The translations under genes and the position numbers were made by a program. Under the pieces are notes generated by a model that saw only the letters and a program-made list of their open reading frames with translations, was not told the origin of the DNA and searched no databases. DNA of 52,753 nucleotides from a virus (Duplodnaviria; Caudoviricetes), in the IMG/VR virus record IMGVR_UViG_3300033153_007861, positions 1-52,753 of that record; one strand, 5' to 3'. This document shows, piece after piece, positions 19,348-28,328 of the stretch (within the stretch, counting starts at the first letter, position 1; each line of letters starts with the position of its first letter).

Positions 19348-19993
19348 TTTTACCTTCCTTTTTAAATAAACTATCTGTCTTATTTAAATTTCTCGCTATC
19401 CTCCCAGTCAATTCTTCTTGTTCTTTAATATAATCTTCAATTTCTTCTCGTGTCATCTCGCCTTTTCTGTATCGTTCAACAAAACTTAATGGAACAAATA
19501 TACTATCAGGATACGGTACATCACCCAATCGTAATGTATTGTTATGTTCACGCCTTGTCTCTTTCCTCATTTCACCCCTAAATTGATCTGTGGATAAAAA
19601 ATAAGCCTTATAAAAATAAGGCACAAACTCTTCATCAGGATAATGTTTCTCATTCAACTCTCTTGTCCACGAGTTGTCAGCTTTTGGTATTGGTCTTAAA
19701 AACAACTTCCCGATACCTGGTATCCGAACCATACCTTCCTTTATGATTTTCTGTTTCATTAACTCGAAATACCTATCCATTAACTCGTTAAATTCCAATC
19801 TGCCAATATCGATACCAGTCATATTCATATTACTATAATTTATCTTGGTTGGAGCACAATTTGATATGTAATTCTTCTGCTTCCTACTAATTTTTAAACT
19901 AAAAGGATCTCTCATTACACCTACTACATAACCTTGCTTTTCCTCATATTCAGATCTTTTTTTTGCTTTGTCATCTGACATTACAACCTCCAT
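19313..19993 (-). CDS. Hypothetical protein with possible HU/IHF-like DNA-binding segment
   Basis: MKQKIIKEGMVRIPGIGKLF resembles the HU signature; likely start at the second Met, behind GGAGG. Confidence 0.4.
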   Translation of the reverse strand: MEVVMSDDKAKKRSEYEEKQGYVVGVMRDPFSLKISRKQKNYISNCAPTKINYSNMNMTGIDIGRLEFNELMDRYFELMKQKIIKEGMVRIPGIGKLFLRPIPKADNSWTRELNEKHYPDEEFVPYFYKAYFLSTDQFRGEMRKETRREHNNTLRLGDVPYPDSIFVPLSFVERYRKGEMTREEIEDYIKEQEELTGRIARNLNKTDSLFKKEGKNEENGKSTKGK

Positions 19994-20007
19994 TTATTTG
20001 TAGATAC

Positions 20008-20042
20008 AAAAAAAATACACACCAACTTTACTTGATATGTAT
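20008..20042 (-). terminator. Leader terminator ahead of the packaging/head operon
   Basis: AUACAUAUCAA/UUGGUGUGUAU stem with G-U pairs followed by a U run. Confidence 0.65.
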
Positions 20043-20058
20043 TTGTCGAACCTCTTAT

Positions 20059-20087
20059 AATATAATACTTACCTGCTGCTTTGTCAA
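20059..20087 (-). promoter_or_regulatory. Putative late promoter with AGGTAAGTAT spacer element
   Basis: TTGACA-17 bp-TATATT. Confidence 0.75.
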
Positions 20088-20842
20088 CCTTTTAATATTT
20101 TTCTTATATCATCGCTAAAATCAATACAAGTTATAACCTCGTATTCTGCATTCTTTTTATTAAACCACACTATCTCTAATGTATCCACATTTATATCAGC
20201 GACATCCTTCAGTAGTACCTTGTATAAGCTTAATTGAATACTGTACTTTACGAAATTACATTCTTGATATTTATTAAACGGATACAACATTTCATTACCA
20301 TATTTACTATATGTATTTATATCCTTGCTAGTTTTATAATCAATCAATACTACTTTCCCATTACGATCCATTGCTAACAGGTCACCAGAACCAGCAACCT
20401 CATAATCAAGCGACCCTAACACTACTTCTGGAGCAATTGCTGTATATTTCCCACTTTTAAAATAATTGTTCCAATAACTATCGGCTTGCTGTCTTAATAC
20501 TTCATCGTCACCTTCATAGATTGCATCAACACCATATCCCTTTTGCTCCATATACTCGTGAACATAATTACCTCTCACACATGAAGCATCAGCTTTCCTT
20601 TGCCACCTATCTTGTATATCCTGAATACTCACACGCTCCCTATTAGCCACCGCAGCAACTATATGTCCAGTAGGGTCAAATGGCTTATGATACTTCTTAA
20701 TCCATCCCGTGCCACTTATTGGAAATGTATAATTAATTATTGGTATCGTATAGGTGTGTGATTTCTCATGAAATACGATATTGTCAAAATTATAAAGCTT
20801 CATTTTAATTATCCCTAGCTTATTCTTGAATGTATCAATCAT
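20084..20842 (-). CDS. PD-(D/E)XK exonuclease (Cas4/RecB-like phage type)
   Basis: FHEKSHTY, RGNYVHEYME, PE...AGSGDLL, LIDYKT and YSIQLSLY motifs. Confidence 0.88.
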   Translation of the reverse strand: MIDTFKNKLGIIKMKLYNFDNIVFHEKSHTYTIPIINYTFPISGTGWIKKYHKPFDPTGHIVAAVANRERVSIQDIQDRWQRKADASCVRGNYVHEYMEQKGYGVDAIYEGDDEVLRQQADSYWNNYFKSGKYTAIAPEVVLGSLDYEVAGSGDLLAMDRNGKVVLIDYKTSKDINTYSKYGNEMLYPFNKYQECNFVKYSIQLSLYKVLLKDVADINVDTLEIVWFNKKNAEYEVITCIDFSDDIRKILKG

Positions 20843-21042
20843 TACCCAACTCCTTTTCTTAACATATCTATATACTTGTCAGTAGTTTTCTCGCACAAAT
20901 CCATATTGTATTGTACTTTATTTATGCCAGTTATAATCCAAAACAACACTTCTAACATCATTGCCCATAAACTTAAACCTGCCCACGCAATCAAAAATAC
21001 ACTCACTGGTACAACACTCAATCTCCACAAAAATCTTCTCAT
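20842..21042 (-). CDS. Small membrane protein
   Basis: GGAGGAG SD; hydrophobic N-terminal half. Confidence 0.65.
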   Translation of the reverse strand: MRRFLWRLSVVPVSVFLIAWAGLSLWAMMLEVLFWIITGINKVQYNMDLCEKTTDKYIDMLRKGVG

Positions 21043-21050
21043 TACTCCTC

Positions 21051-21380
21051 CTATTTATCCATCAATATTACAAACAACCCTACCTTATCACAAAAAAACC
21101 TCTTGTCTATATGACTATTTGGCTGTGAAACATGACTCTTTAATTTATCTAACTCAATATCAAGTGCTGATTTACTATTTAGTAATATTGCTTTATTATC
21201 TTGACGAAGATATAAATTGAAACAATATCGCTCACACGAAGGAAAACCATCACTTTCCTTATCTTCTACCGCTTTAATAAAAAACTTAAAGCCATCATAT
21301 TCAAAATACACTACCCATGACTTAACCTTGGTAATTTTAAGTTTTGACAAATCCGTAATAATTGTCGACACTCCACTCAT
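21051..21380 (-). CDS. Hypothetical protein (start moved to ATG 21380)
   Basis: GGAGGAG-TC-ATG at 21380; promoter directly upstream. Confidence 0.65.
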   Translation of the reverse strand: MSGVSTIITDLSKLKITKVKSWVVYFEYDGFKFFIKAVEDKESDGFPSCERYCFNLYLRQDNKAILLNSKSALDIELDKLKSHVSQPNSHIDKRFFCDKVGLFVILMDK

Positions 21381-21408
21381 GACTCCTCCCTTTAACTGTA
21401 TTACAACT

Positions 21409-21437
21409 AATATACTATCATCAATATTAAATGTCAA
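21409..21437 (-). promoter_or_regulatory. Sigma70-type promoter
   Basis: TTGACA-17 bp-TATATT. Confidence 0.7.
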
Positions 21438-21566
21438 GCTTATTAAATAAGTTTTTAAAAATAACCTCTAATACATTGACTACTATTGAATTTCCCGCTT
21501 GCTTGTATAGTTGTGTGCTTGTGTTTGTGATCCTATACCAGCAAATGCTTCAAATACTTTTAGCAT
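21427..21566 (-). pseudogene. dcm: C5 cytosine methyltransferase remnant (only N- and C-termini remain)
   Basis: AAGGAG SD and MLKVFEAFAGIGSQTQA (motif I) joined out of frame to TQLYKQAGNSIVVNVLEVIFKNLF (motif X). Confidence 0.85.
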
Positions 21567-21732
21567 ATTTTTCTCCTTATTGTTTTTTGTTTAAATTTAC
21601 ACTACTCACGGCATTTTATTAATCTTGTATATAAGTTATAGTAGAAATCAATTTGACAGCTACAGCACCCCTAGAATCGCCTAATTTTAGTATATTCGGA
21701 ATGAGCTTTCTTTTCAGTACGATTAATCAGTC

Positions 21733-22391
21733 TTATCTCTTAGAATTTTCAATGTATGTCCAAAGATATAAATCAATATCTATATTTATAAATTTCTTCA
21801 ATCTCCCTATTGTTAGCAAATCAACTAATGAATATTTTACATCAAATCCGTAATCATCATCGCCATACATTGTGCAGTAGTTCTCAATTCAGTATCAATT
21901 CCAACTAATGATAAATTATGTACGAGTTCGTCAATTAGATTCAATACTGTATTATCAATCGATACTGACTCTTTTTCCTCACTTGTAGATACGGTCGATT
22001 GCTTGCAGTCGACTATGTTATGTTTTGATCTATCTTGTGTATTACTAACTGTATTACTAACTGTATTACTATAATACTTGCTTTCAGGGATAGGTAAAAT
22101 AGGGTGTTTTATGATTTTCAAGTACCTCTTACTTATTTCTTGTGAATCGTAAATATGTTCAATTCTTGATGAAACATATCCTTTTTTAACAAGATTATTA
22201 ATAATAACACTAACTCTTTTTTTAGATAAGCATAGAAATGTTGCAAAATGCTTGTTTCCAGCAAAGCATCCTTCTCCGTTATCTAAACTATCTATCTCTA
22301 CATATAGTATTTTCTCCTGTAAAGTTAAATTATTACTCAACCATACTTCTTTTGGAATCCAAACACCTTTAAAATCTCTATGCAAACCCAT
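21733..22391 (-). pseudogene. Phage replication initiator (winged HTH, replisome-organiser type), frameshifted near 21890
   Basis: FKGVWIPKEVWLSNNLTLQEKILYVEIDSLDNGEGCFAGNKHFA HTH; the C-terminal domain IENYCTMYGDDDYGFDVKYSLVDLL lies in another frame (21733..21888). Confidence 0.7.
22038..22071. repeat. 12-bp tandem repeat, about 3 copies, inside rep (iteron-like)
   Basis: TGTATTACTAAC x2 plus TGTATTACTA (SNTV repeats). Confidence 0.8.
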
Positions 22392-22414
22392 TGCATCCTC
22401 CTAATTTTAGTTAT

Positions 22415-22560
22415 AAAAAAAGCCCTTAACCTTGCAAGGAAAGTGAGAATCCCATAATTGCTGACACTGACAATTATAGAAATTTCCTTGCAGAGTTAAA
22501 GACTGTTTTGTGTTTTTTAGTGCAACGCCATTGTATTGTATCAGCTTCTCACGACCGACA
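22415..22560 (-). ncRNA. c4/CI-like antisense RNA/attenuator leader
   Basis: 22-bp outer stem, inner stem, loop UGUCAG and bulge UUCUCAC complementary to upstream GUGAGAA-GCUGAUA; U tract follows. Confidence 0.65.
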
Positions 22561-22565
22561 ATTAC

Positions 22566-22594
22566 AATATAATACTTACCTACTGATAATACAA
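22566..22594 (-). promoter_or_regulatory. Promoter with AGGTAAGTAT spacer element
   Basis: TTGTAT-17 bp-TATATT. Confidence 0.6.
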
Positions 22595-22632
22595 GACAAT
22601 TCACATAATTATGATTGAAAACAATAAAAACC

Positions 22633-22661
22633 TTGATTTACAGGGGCTTATGTGTTATATT
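22633..22661 (+). promoter_or_regulatory. Divergent promoter for the plus-strand arm
   Basis: TTGATT-17 bp-TATATT. Confidence 0.6.
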
Positions 22662-22734
22662 TAAGTATGATTAAATGCAAGTTCTTTTAAATGTATAACA
22701 TAGAAAACAATAATAAATAACAAGGAGAATAATA

Positions 22735-23148
22735 ATGAGAAAAGTATTTTTAGGCGGAACTTGTGCGGAAAGTATCTGGAGAGAAGAGTTAATTGGAAAA
22801 TTAAAGATAGATTACTTTGATCCAGTTGTTGAAGATTGGAATGAGGAAGCACAGGAAAAAGAGATTGAACAGAGAGAAGCCTGCGATTATGTTTTATATA
22901 CGATAACTCCACAAATGAAAGGCGTGTATTCTATTGCGGAAGTTGTGGATGATAGCAATAAGAGACCTGATAAAACTATATTCTGTTTACTTGGTTTTTA
23001 TGATGGTGGTAAGTTTACGGCAAGGGAATTAATGTCCCTGTATGCAGTGTTAAAATTAGTAAGTAGTAATGGCGGAAGAGTGTTTACTGATTTAGATAGT
23101 GTAGCTAATTACTTAAACAAGGAGAATAACAATGTCACCATTAATTAG
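22735..23148 (+). CDS. Nucleoside 2-deoxyribosyltransferase-like protein
   Basis: KVFLGGTC..S.WREELI...YFDPVVEDW...CDYVLY...SIAE pattern. Confidence 0.8.
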   Translation: MRKVFLGGTCAESIWREELIGKLKIDYFDPVVEDWNEEAQEKEIEQREACDYVLYTITPQMKGVYSIAEVVDDSNKRPDKTIFCLLGFYDGGKFTARELMSLYAVLKLVSSNGGRVFTDLDSVANYLNKENNNVTIN

Positions 23149-23716
23149 ATTGCACAGTAAAATATTAAATAATGTATCAGGATTAGTCAAAGAGAACTTA
23201 GGTGTGAAATTACAGACAGGTTGGGAATACGCAATGTTTCCTGACTTAGCATTAGGTTCGCATGGGTATGATGTTAATACAGGTAATGGAAGTATTGTTA
23301 AGGAGATTATGTGTTGTGCAAATCCTATCTATTCAAACATTGTTTTTAATCAATCAAATATGGTTCACTATATTGCCGATGCACTAAGTATTGGTCAGAT
23401 AAGCTCTGATTTTTGGGGATTTAAAGACAATATGATTGATTTTAAAATGGAGTTTCATAAATATCCCAAAGTAGAATTTGCAGATGTGATTAAGTATCAG
23501 GATAGAGAAGGTATTGAGAATTTAGCTGATTTAGAGTATCAAATTAAATATGAAATGAGAGAAGTGTATAAGTTTAACCAAGAACTACTGAATAATAGTG
23601 TATGGAAATACTTATGGTCAAATAAGTTTGAAGTAATGAGATTGAACTTATATCGCAAAGCAGTGATATTAAGCTATATTGGTATATGGTTAAGTGAAAA
23701 AGGAGAATTAGAATGA
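23132..23716 (+). CDS. Hypothetical protein, possibly Zn-dependent phospholipase C/S1-P1 fold
   Basis: N-terminal His, FPD and HYIADA motifs. Confidence 0.35.
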   Translation: MSPLIRLHSKILNNVSGLVKENLGVKLQTGWEYAMFPDLALGSHGYDVNTGNGSIVKEIMCCANPIYSNIVFNQSNMVHYIADALSIGQISSDFWGFKDNMIDFKMEFHKYPKVEFADVIKYQDREGIENLADLEYQIKYEMREVYKFNQELLNNSVWKYLWSNKFEVMRLNLYRKAVILSYIGIWLSEKGELE

Positions 23717-24441
23717 ATGATATAGAATTAATTAAGGGTGATTGCTTAGGTGTTATGGATGAATTAATAGATAAAGGCATTGAAGTAGATGCTATAATAA
23801 CCGATCCACCTTTTGGAATATCAAGAGAAAATAATATCTCTACTATGAAAAATAAATACGGAAAATTAGCATACGGAACAGGAATTGATTTTGGCGAGTG
23901 GGATAAAAATGTTGATTTGTATTCTTGGATCAATAAAGGTGTGAAATTGTTAAATAAAAACGGCTGTATGTTTATATTTAATGATTGGAAGAATCTTGGT
24001 AATATTGCCAAATACGCCGAATCATTAGGGATGGATATAAAAGACTGTTTTCGTTGGGAAAAAACAAACCCAATGCCAAGAAATAGAGACAGGAGATATA
24101 TAACTGACTTTGAAATGGGTGTTTGGTTAGTAAAAAAGAAATCTAAATGGGTGTTTAATAGACAAGATGATAAGTTTCAAAGACCTAAATTTGTGAGCAA
24201 CTCAGTTTCAGGCAAGGAGAAAACAAAACATCCCACTCAAAAACCAATAAACTTAATGGAGCTTTTAATAAAAATACACACAAATGAAAATGATATAATT
24301 TTAGATCCATTTATGGGTTCAGGTACAACAGGTGTTGCTTGTAAGAATTTAAATAGGAAATTTATAGGTATTGAGAAGGATGAAGCATATTTTAATATAG
24401 CAAAAGATAGGATTGTAAATTATAAAGGAGGTTTAAAGTGA
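23713..24441 (+). CDS. DNA methyltransferase (N6-A/N4-C, beta class)
   Basis: GDCL, ITDPPF, HPTQKP and LDPFMGSGTT motifs. Confidence 0.95.
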   Translation: MNDIELIKGDCLGVMDELIDKGIEVDAIITDPPFGISRENNISTMKNKYGKLAYGTGIDFGEWDKNVDLYSWINKGVKLLNKNGCMFIFNDWKNLGNIAKYAESLGMDIKDCFRWEKTNPMPRNRDRRYITDFEMGVWLVKKKSKWVFNRQDDKFQRPKFVSNSVSGKEKTKHPTQKPINLMELLIKIHTNENDIILDPFMGSGTTGVACKNLNRKFIGIEKDEAYFNIAKDRIVNYKGGLK

Positions 24442-25064
24442 GCGAAGTTTTAAAAAATGATGATGGGTTTTTAAATGTAAATAACGAGATATTAATTAGT
24501 AGTAAAGTAGTTGCAGAACAATTAGGTAGAAGACACGATGATGTTGTGAAGTTTTTATTAACTAAAATAAATGACCGAACTAGATCGGATATCTTTTTAG
24601 GTGATTATCAAGACAGCATGAATAGGTGTCAAAAAGAAATACTTTTAACCAAAAGAGGATTTACTTTATATATGTTTAGCATTAATGGACACGATGAGTT
24701 CAAGCTAAAATATATCGATAAGTTCGATAAAATGGAAAGAGCTTTAAGGGATATTCGATATATCAAGTTCAGTAGGAAACAACAGGTTGAGCAAATGAGT
24801 ATACTGCAAGATTTATTACCTGAGGAGTTAAAGAAAGATAAGATTCCGTATATTAAGGCAAATATGGTTTCAAATAAAGCTACATCTAATTACTTTGGAT
24901 TTCCTAAAATGATCAAAAAGGGAGATATGAATATTGATATGTTAGAATTAAGAGATAAGATATTAGATGACTACTTGAAACTATATGATATTGCTGGCAC
25001 TACTGATGGATTGAAAGAAATTATCTACAATAAATATAAACAGTTATCTATAAAGGAGAGTTAG
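24438..25064 (+). CDS. rha: Rha family regulator
   Basis: ISSKVVAEQLGRRHDDV...YQDSMNR...LTKRGF...FKLKYIDKFDKME. Confidence 0.85.
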   Translation: MSEVLKNDDGFLNVNNEILISSKVVAEQLGRRHDDVVKFLLTKINDRTRSDIFLGDYQDSMNRCQKEILLTKRGFTLYMFSINGHDEFKLKYIDKFDKMERALRDIRYIKFSRKQQVEQMSILQDLLPEELKKDKIPYIKANMVSNKATSNYFGFPKMIKKGDMNIDMLELRDKILDDYLKLYDIAGTTDGLKEIIYNKYKQLSIKES

Positions 25065-25877
25065 ATGTTTGAGTTAAAAAACAAAGGTGAAACAAGAGAA
25101 TGTGCCAAATGTAATCACACTTGGTTTAAACAGTATCACTTATGGAATAATGGAGAGGAACAATATATATGTTTTCACTGTGGCACATTAACACCTATTG
25201 ATATGACGGAAACAATAATAAATGTTAGATTTAGAAGGTTACAATATGAAGAGAATGAGCGTGCAACAGTGAATAATCAAGGACTATTATTAGCAAGTAA
25301 GTTTGATTTATATAATACACAAGACAGCACTGGTGAGATATATCAATTAGAATTAAATGGAAATATTATAGGTGAAACTTCACGAGTTAAAACATTAAGA
25401 ATGATGACTAGGATTCTGCCTAAGAAGTGTCAATTAACAATAAGGGTTCAAAGTTATTCAGAATATAATACACTTAAAAATAGAATATATGCTATATTTG
25501 AGGGAGATGCACTTAGAGTTATTACACAAAGCACAAGTAATATTAGGGAGCTGACTGGAATGTCAGATACAACCTTGAATACTTTGAATAAATCAAATAA
25601 AACAACATTTAAATACAAACAATTCAAAATACACAATATGCGATTACATGACACTTACACGGTAAAGTCTAATGAAGAAGAGATATTTAAGTCAAATGTG
25701 CTGAAAGATGTTCAGAGTAGATATTTTCCTGATAAATCAGTAGATACATTAGGCAGAGCAATCAAAAATGAAAGTTTAAATGATACTGAATATACTTTGG
25801 AGGTAAATACTAACATAAGTGAAAGTAATTGTAGTATAATTCGATTAGGACTTATGAGTAAAAAGAGTGATAAGTGA
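25065..25877 (+). CDS. Zn-ribbon-containing hypothetical protein
   Basis: CAKC...CFHC at the N-terminus. Confidence 0.55.
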   Translation: MFELKNKGETRECAKCNHTWFKQYHLWNNGEEQYICFHCGTLTPIDMTETIINVRFRRLQYEENERATVNNQGLLLASKFDLYNTQDSTGEIYQLELNGNIIGETSRVKTLRMMTRILPKKCQLTIRVQSYSEYNTLKNRIYAIFEGDALRVITQSTSNIRELTGMSDTTLNTLNKSNKTTFKYKQFKIHNMRLHDTYTVKSNEEEIFKSNVLKDVQSRYFPDKSVDTLGRAIKNESLNDTEYTLEVNTNISESNCSIIRLGLMSKKSDK

Positions 25878-25980
25878 AGTATGATAAAAGCAATAGGTTT
25901 TAGTGACAAGTCGAGATTTAAATGTAGGGATTATTTTAAATAGCGGCACATCATCTATAATAGAATATATGTGAAAGGAG

Positions 25981-26181
25981 ATGATTATGTTTGAGCAAAA
26001 ACACGGTATGGGTGGATACACAGGATGCAAAAGTTTTAATAGTGATATTGTAAGTTATAGACTTCCTAATGAAATATACGCAACGGAAGAACAAGTGTTA
26101 TTAGAAGAAATTAAGTGGAGGATATTTCTGGAAAACATGGACAACTTAATGAAACAATTAAAAAGTGATTACTTTGAATAA
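25981..26181 (+). CDS. Hypothetical protein
   Basis: AAGGAG SD. Confidence 0.55.
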   Translation: MIMFEQKHGMGGYTGCKSFNSDIVSYRLPNEIYATEEQVLLEEIKWRIFLENMDNLMKQLKSDYFE

Positions 26182-26203
26182 TAAGAAAAAAACAAAAAAG
26201 AAC

Positions 26204-26232
26204 TTGACAACGCAATATTGATGTAGTATATT
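26204..26232 (+). promoter_or_regulatory. Sigma70-type promoter
   Basis: TTGACA-17 bp-TATATT. Confidence 0.75.
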
Positions 26233-26349
26233 AGGGTAGTGGTTAAGCTAAGTTCTTTTAAATGTTATAATTATGGAGGTATTATGTGTCATAGAGTGGA
26301 TTTTAGGGCAAGCAAACAAAGCAGAAAAAATTAATAAATTGGAGGAGAT

Positions 26350-26718
26350 ATGAATTTATATGCAGTAATTTTTATACATCATGCACCAAAAGGTAACGAA
26401 AAAGGAATAAAAGAATATGTTTTGGCTGAAAGTGATGAGCAAATGTATGATTATATTGATAGTAAATACATGAGTTGGGATTGGAGTGATAAAGATGAAG
26501 ACCCAGAAGATTATTATATGGATGATGACGAGTGTCGTACATATAAAGACTATTTAGTTAAAATAAAAGGCGAAATGTATTCGGAACCTGATTTGGATGA
26601 TTTATTTTACGGCAGGACACTTTTTGGGTGGAAGATGATACAACAGGATTATAATGATGATTGTGCAAGTTTAATAGAATTAGGAGTGATAAGCACAATA
26701 AACAAGGAGGAAAAGTGA
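26350..26718 (+). CDS. Acidic hypothetical protein
   Basis: GGAGGAG SD; D/E-rich. Confidence 0.7.
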   Translation: MNLYAVIFIHHAPKGNEKGIKEYVLAESDEQMYDYIDSKYMSWDWSDKDEDPEDYYMDDDECRTYKDYLVKIKGEMYSEPDLDDLFYGRTLFGWKMIQQDYNDDCASLIELGVISTINKEEK

Positions 26719-27431
26719 GTATATTTACAAAGAGAATAGAGGCTAGAGAGCCTGAAACACTAATGATTATAGGAAAACCCAAGTGTGGAAAAACATCCAT
26801 AGTTAGTAAATTACCTAATAGTGTTATAATAGACTATGAGGGTGGAACTAAATACATAAATCATGACCATGTGATAGATGTGGTTAATTCAGATTTCAGT
26901 ATGTGGGGAGAGTTATCTAAAATAAAAGGTCAATATGAGTTTGGGATTATAGATACTGCGACATACATGGAACAATACCTAATGACACAAATAGTTAATA
27001 GTTATAATAGTATCAGGACACCAGATAAACACATTGCTACAATAGGGGATATACCGCATGGTGGAGGATATGGAATATTGAGGCAGAAAACTGCTGCACA
27101 TATAGATTTTTTAAAATCTATCTTTAATAAATTAATAATATTGGGTCACACAAAGAGTAGGGTTATTGATAGTGACGAGATAGCATTAGATTTGGCATTA
27201 ACTGGAAAAAATGTAGACTTAGTTTTATCCGGTATGGATACTATAGCTTATATGCACAGGGATAAGGAGAATGGCGTATTGTCATTTGAAGCAAGTAGCA
27301 AAATTGTAGCTGGTTCACGAGTTAGTGCATTAGATAGGCGTAAAATCATAATATCTATTAAAAAAGAAGATAGTATCGATACTTTCTGGAGTGAAATATA
27401 TCCTGATACTTTAAAACCCAAGGAGAGATAA
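26715..27431 (+). CDS. AAA-family ATPase (Sak4-like recombinase); start moved to GTG 26715
   Basis: GKPKCGKT Walker A, IDYEGG, IIDT, GGGY and ILGH motifs; AGGAGG SD before the GTG. Confidence 0.8.
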   Translation: MSIFTKRIEAREPETLMIIGKPKCGKTSIVSKLPNSVIIDYEGGTKYINHDHVIDVVNSDFSMWGELSKIKGQYEFGIIDTATYMEQYLMTQIVNSYNSIRTPDKHIATIGDIPHGGGYGILRQKTAAHIDFLKSIFNKLIILGHTKSRVIDSDEIALDLALTGKNVDLVLSGMDTIAYMHRDKENGVLSFEASSKIVAGSRVSALDRRKIIISIKKEDSIDTFWSEIYPDTLKPKER

Positions 27432-27433
27432 TT

Positions 27434-28108
27434 ATGGATATTACATTAATTAATTGGACAACAAACGAAATAGATACAGTGTATTCTGCTGCTAAATTAT
27501 GTACTAATAAATTGGATTACTGGGAAAACATTGTAGAATCGATAAAAATAAGTGATAAAATTAAAAAGAAATTGATACAAATAATTGTAGAAAGTGGTCA
27601 CCATTCAGTACTGGAGCATATAAATCTTACATTCGGCATAAGCGGGATAAGTAGAGCAAGTGGTAGGCAATTATTAAGATCAAGGATAGCATCCTTTACA
27701 GAGAAATCTCAAAGGTATGTAGAAATGGATGATATATGCTTCATTAAACCTGAATCTATATCTAGGAATAGTAAAACCAATCTGGCATTTGATAAACTTA
27801 TGGCTGATATTCAGAATATGTATGATGAAATGATCGAGCTAGGAATACCAAAAGAGGATGCTAGGTTTATTCTACCTAATGCAACACCTACTGACATGGT
27901 TATAACTCTTAATTTTAGGGAATTAATGCACATTTGTAGTGGTAGATTGTGTACAAAAGCTCAATGGGAAATACGGGGGGTCGTAGAAGCCATGAAAGAA
28001 GAAGTTGAGAAGTGTCTGGGGAAATTCTGGAGTGATATGTTAGTACCTAAATGTGTGTCACTAGGGAAATGTAATGAAAAAAAGAGTTGTGGATATATAA
28101 ACAAGTAA
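27434..28108 (+). CDS. thyX: FAD-dependent thymidylate synthase
   Basis: GHHSVLEH, ISRA...QLLRSRIASFTEKSQRYV, EDARFILP and AQWEIR motifs. Confidence 0.95.
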   Translation: MDITLINWTTNEIDTVYSAAKLCTNKLDYWENIVESIKISDKIKKKLIQIIVESGHHSVLEHINLTFGISGISRASGRQLLRSRIASFTEKSQRYVEMDDICFIKPESISRNSKTNLAFDKLMADIQNMYDEMIELGIPKEDARFILPNATPTDMVITLNFRELMHICSGRLCTKAQWEIRGVVEAMKEEVEKCLGKFWSDMLVPKCVSLGKCNEKKSCGYINK

Positions 28109-28120
28109 ATGAGATGTGAT

Positions 28121-28285
28121 ATGGGAGTTTTAACAATAGTTTCATTGATACTTATGACATTAAAATTAATGAGTATTACAAGTGTGAGTTGGGTAGTAGT
28201 AATCTTACCTTTTATGGTAGAATTTATAGTCGCATTGGTGGTTTTATTTATTACAGTATACATTGGAATGAAATCTAAGAAATAA
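28121..28285 (+). CDS. Small membrane protein (not in track)
   Basis: MGVLTIVSLILMTLKLMSITSVSWVVVILPF... resembles a common phage LKL...W transmembrane peptide. Confidence 0.65.
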   Translation: MGVLTIVSLILMTLKLMSITSVSWVVVILPFMVEFIVALVVLFITVYIGMKSKK

Positions 28286-28328
28286 TTAACAATAAGGCTT
28301 GCGAAAGTGAGCCTACAAGGAGGTTATA

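Noticed and set aside
20084-20842. Cas4 as part of a CRISPR-Cas system
   Set aside because: Stand-alone phage PD-(D/E)XK exonuclease; no other cas genes or array.
22407-22604. 65-aa ORF upstream of rep
   Set aside because: Overlaps the promoter and structured leader and has no SD; better explained as RNA structure.
25881-25974. Possible scar (MIKAIGFSD... / ...LNSGTSSIIEYM*)
   Set aside because: Weak SD and no recognisable family motifs; cannot be supported without relatives.
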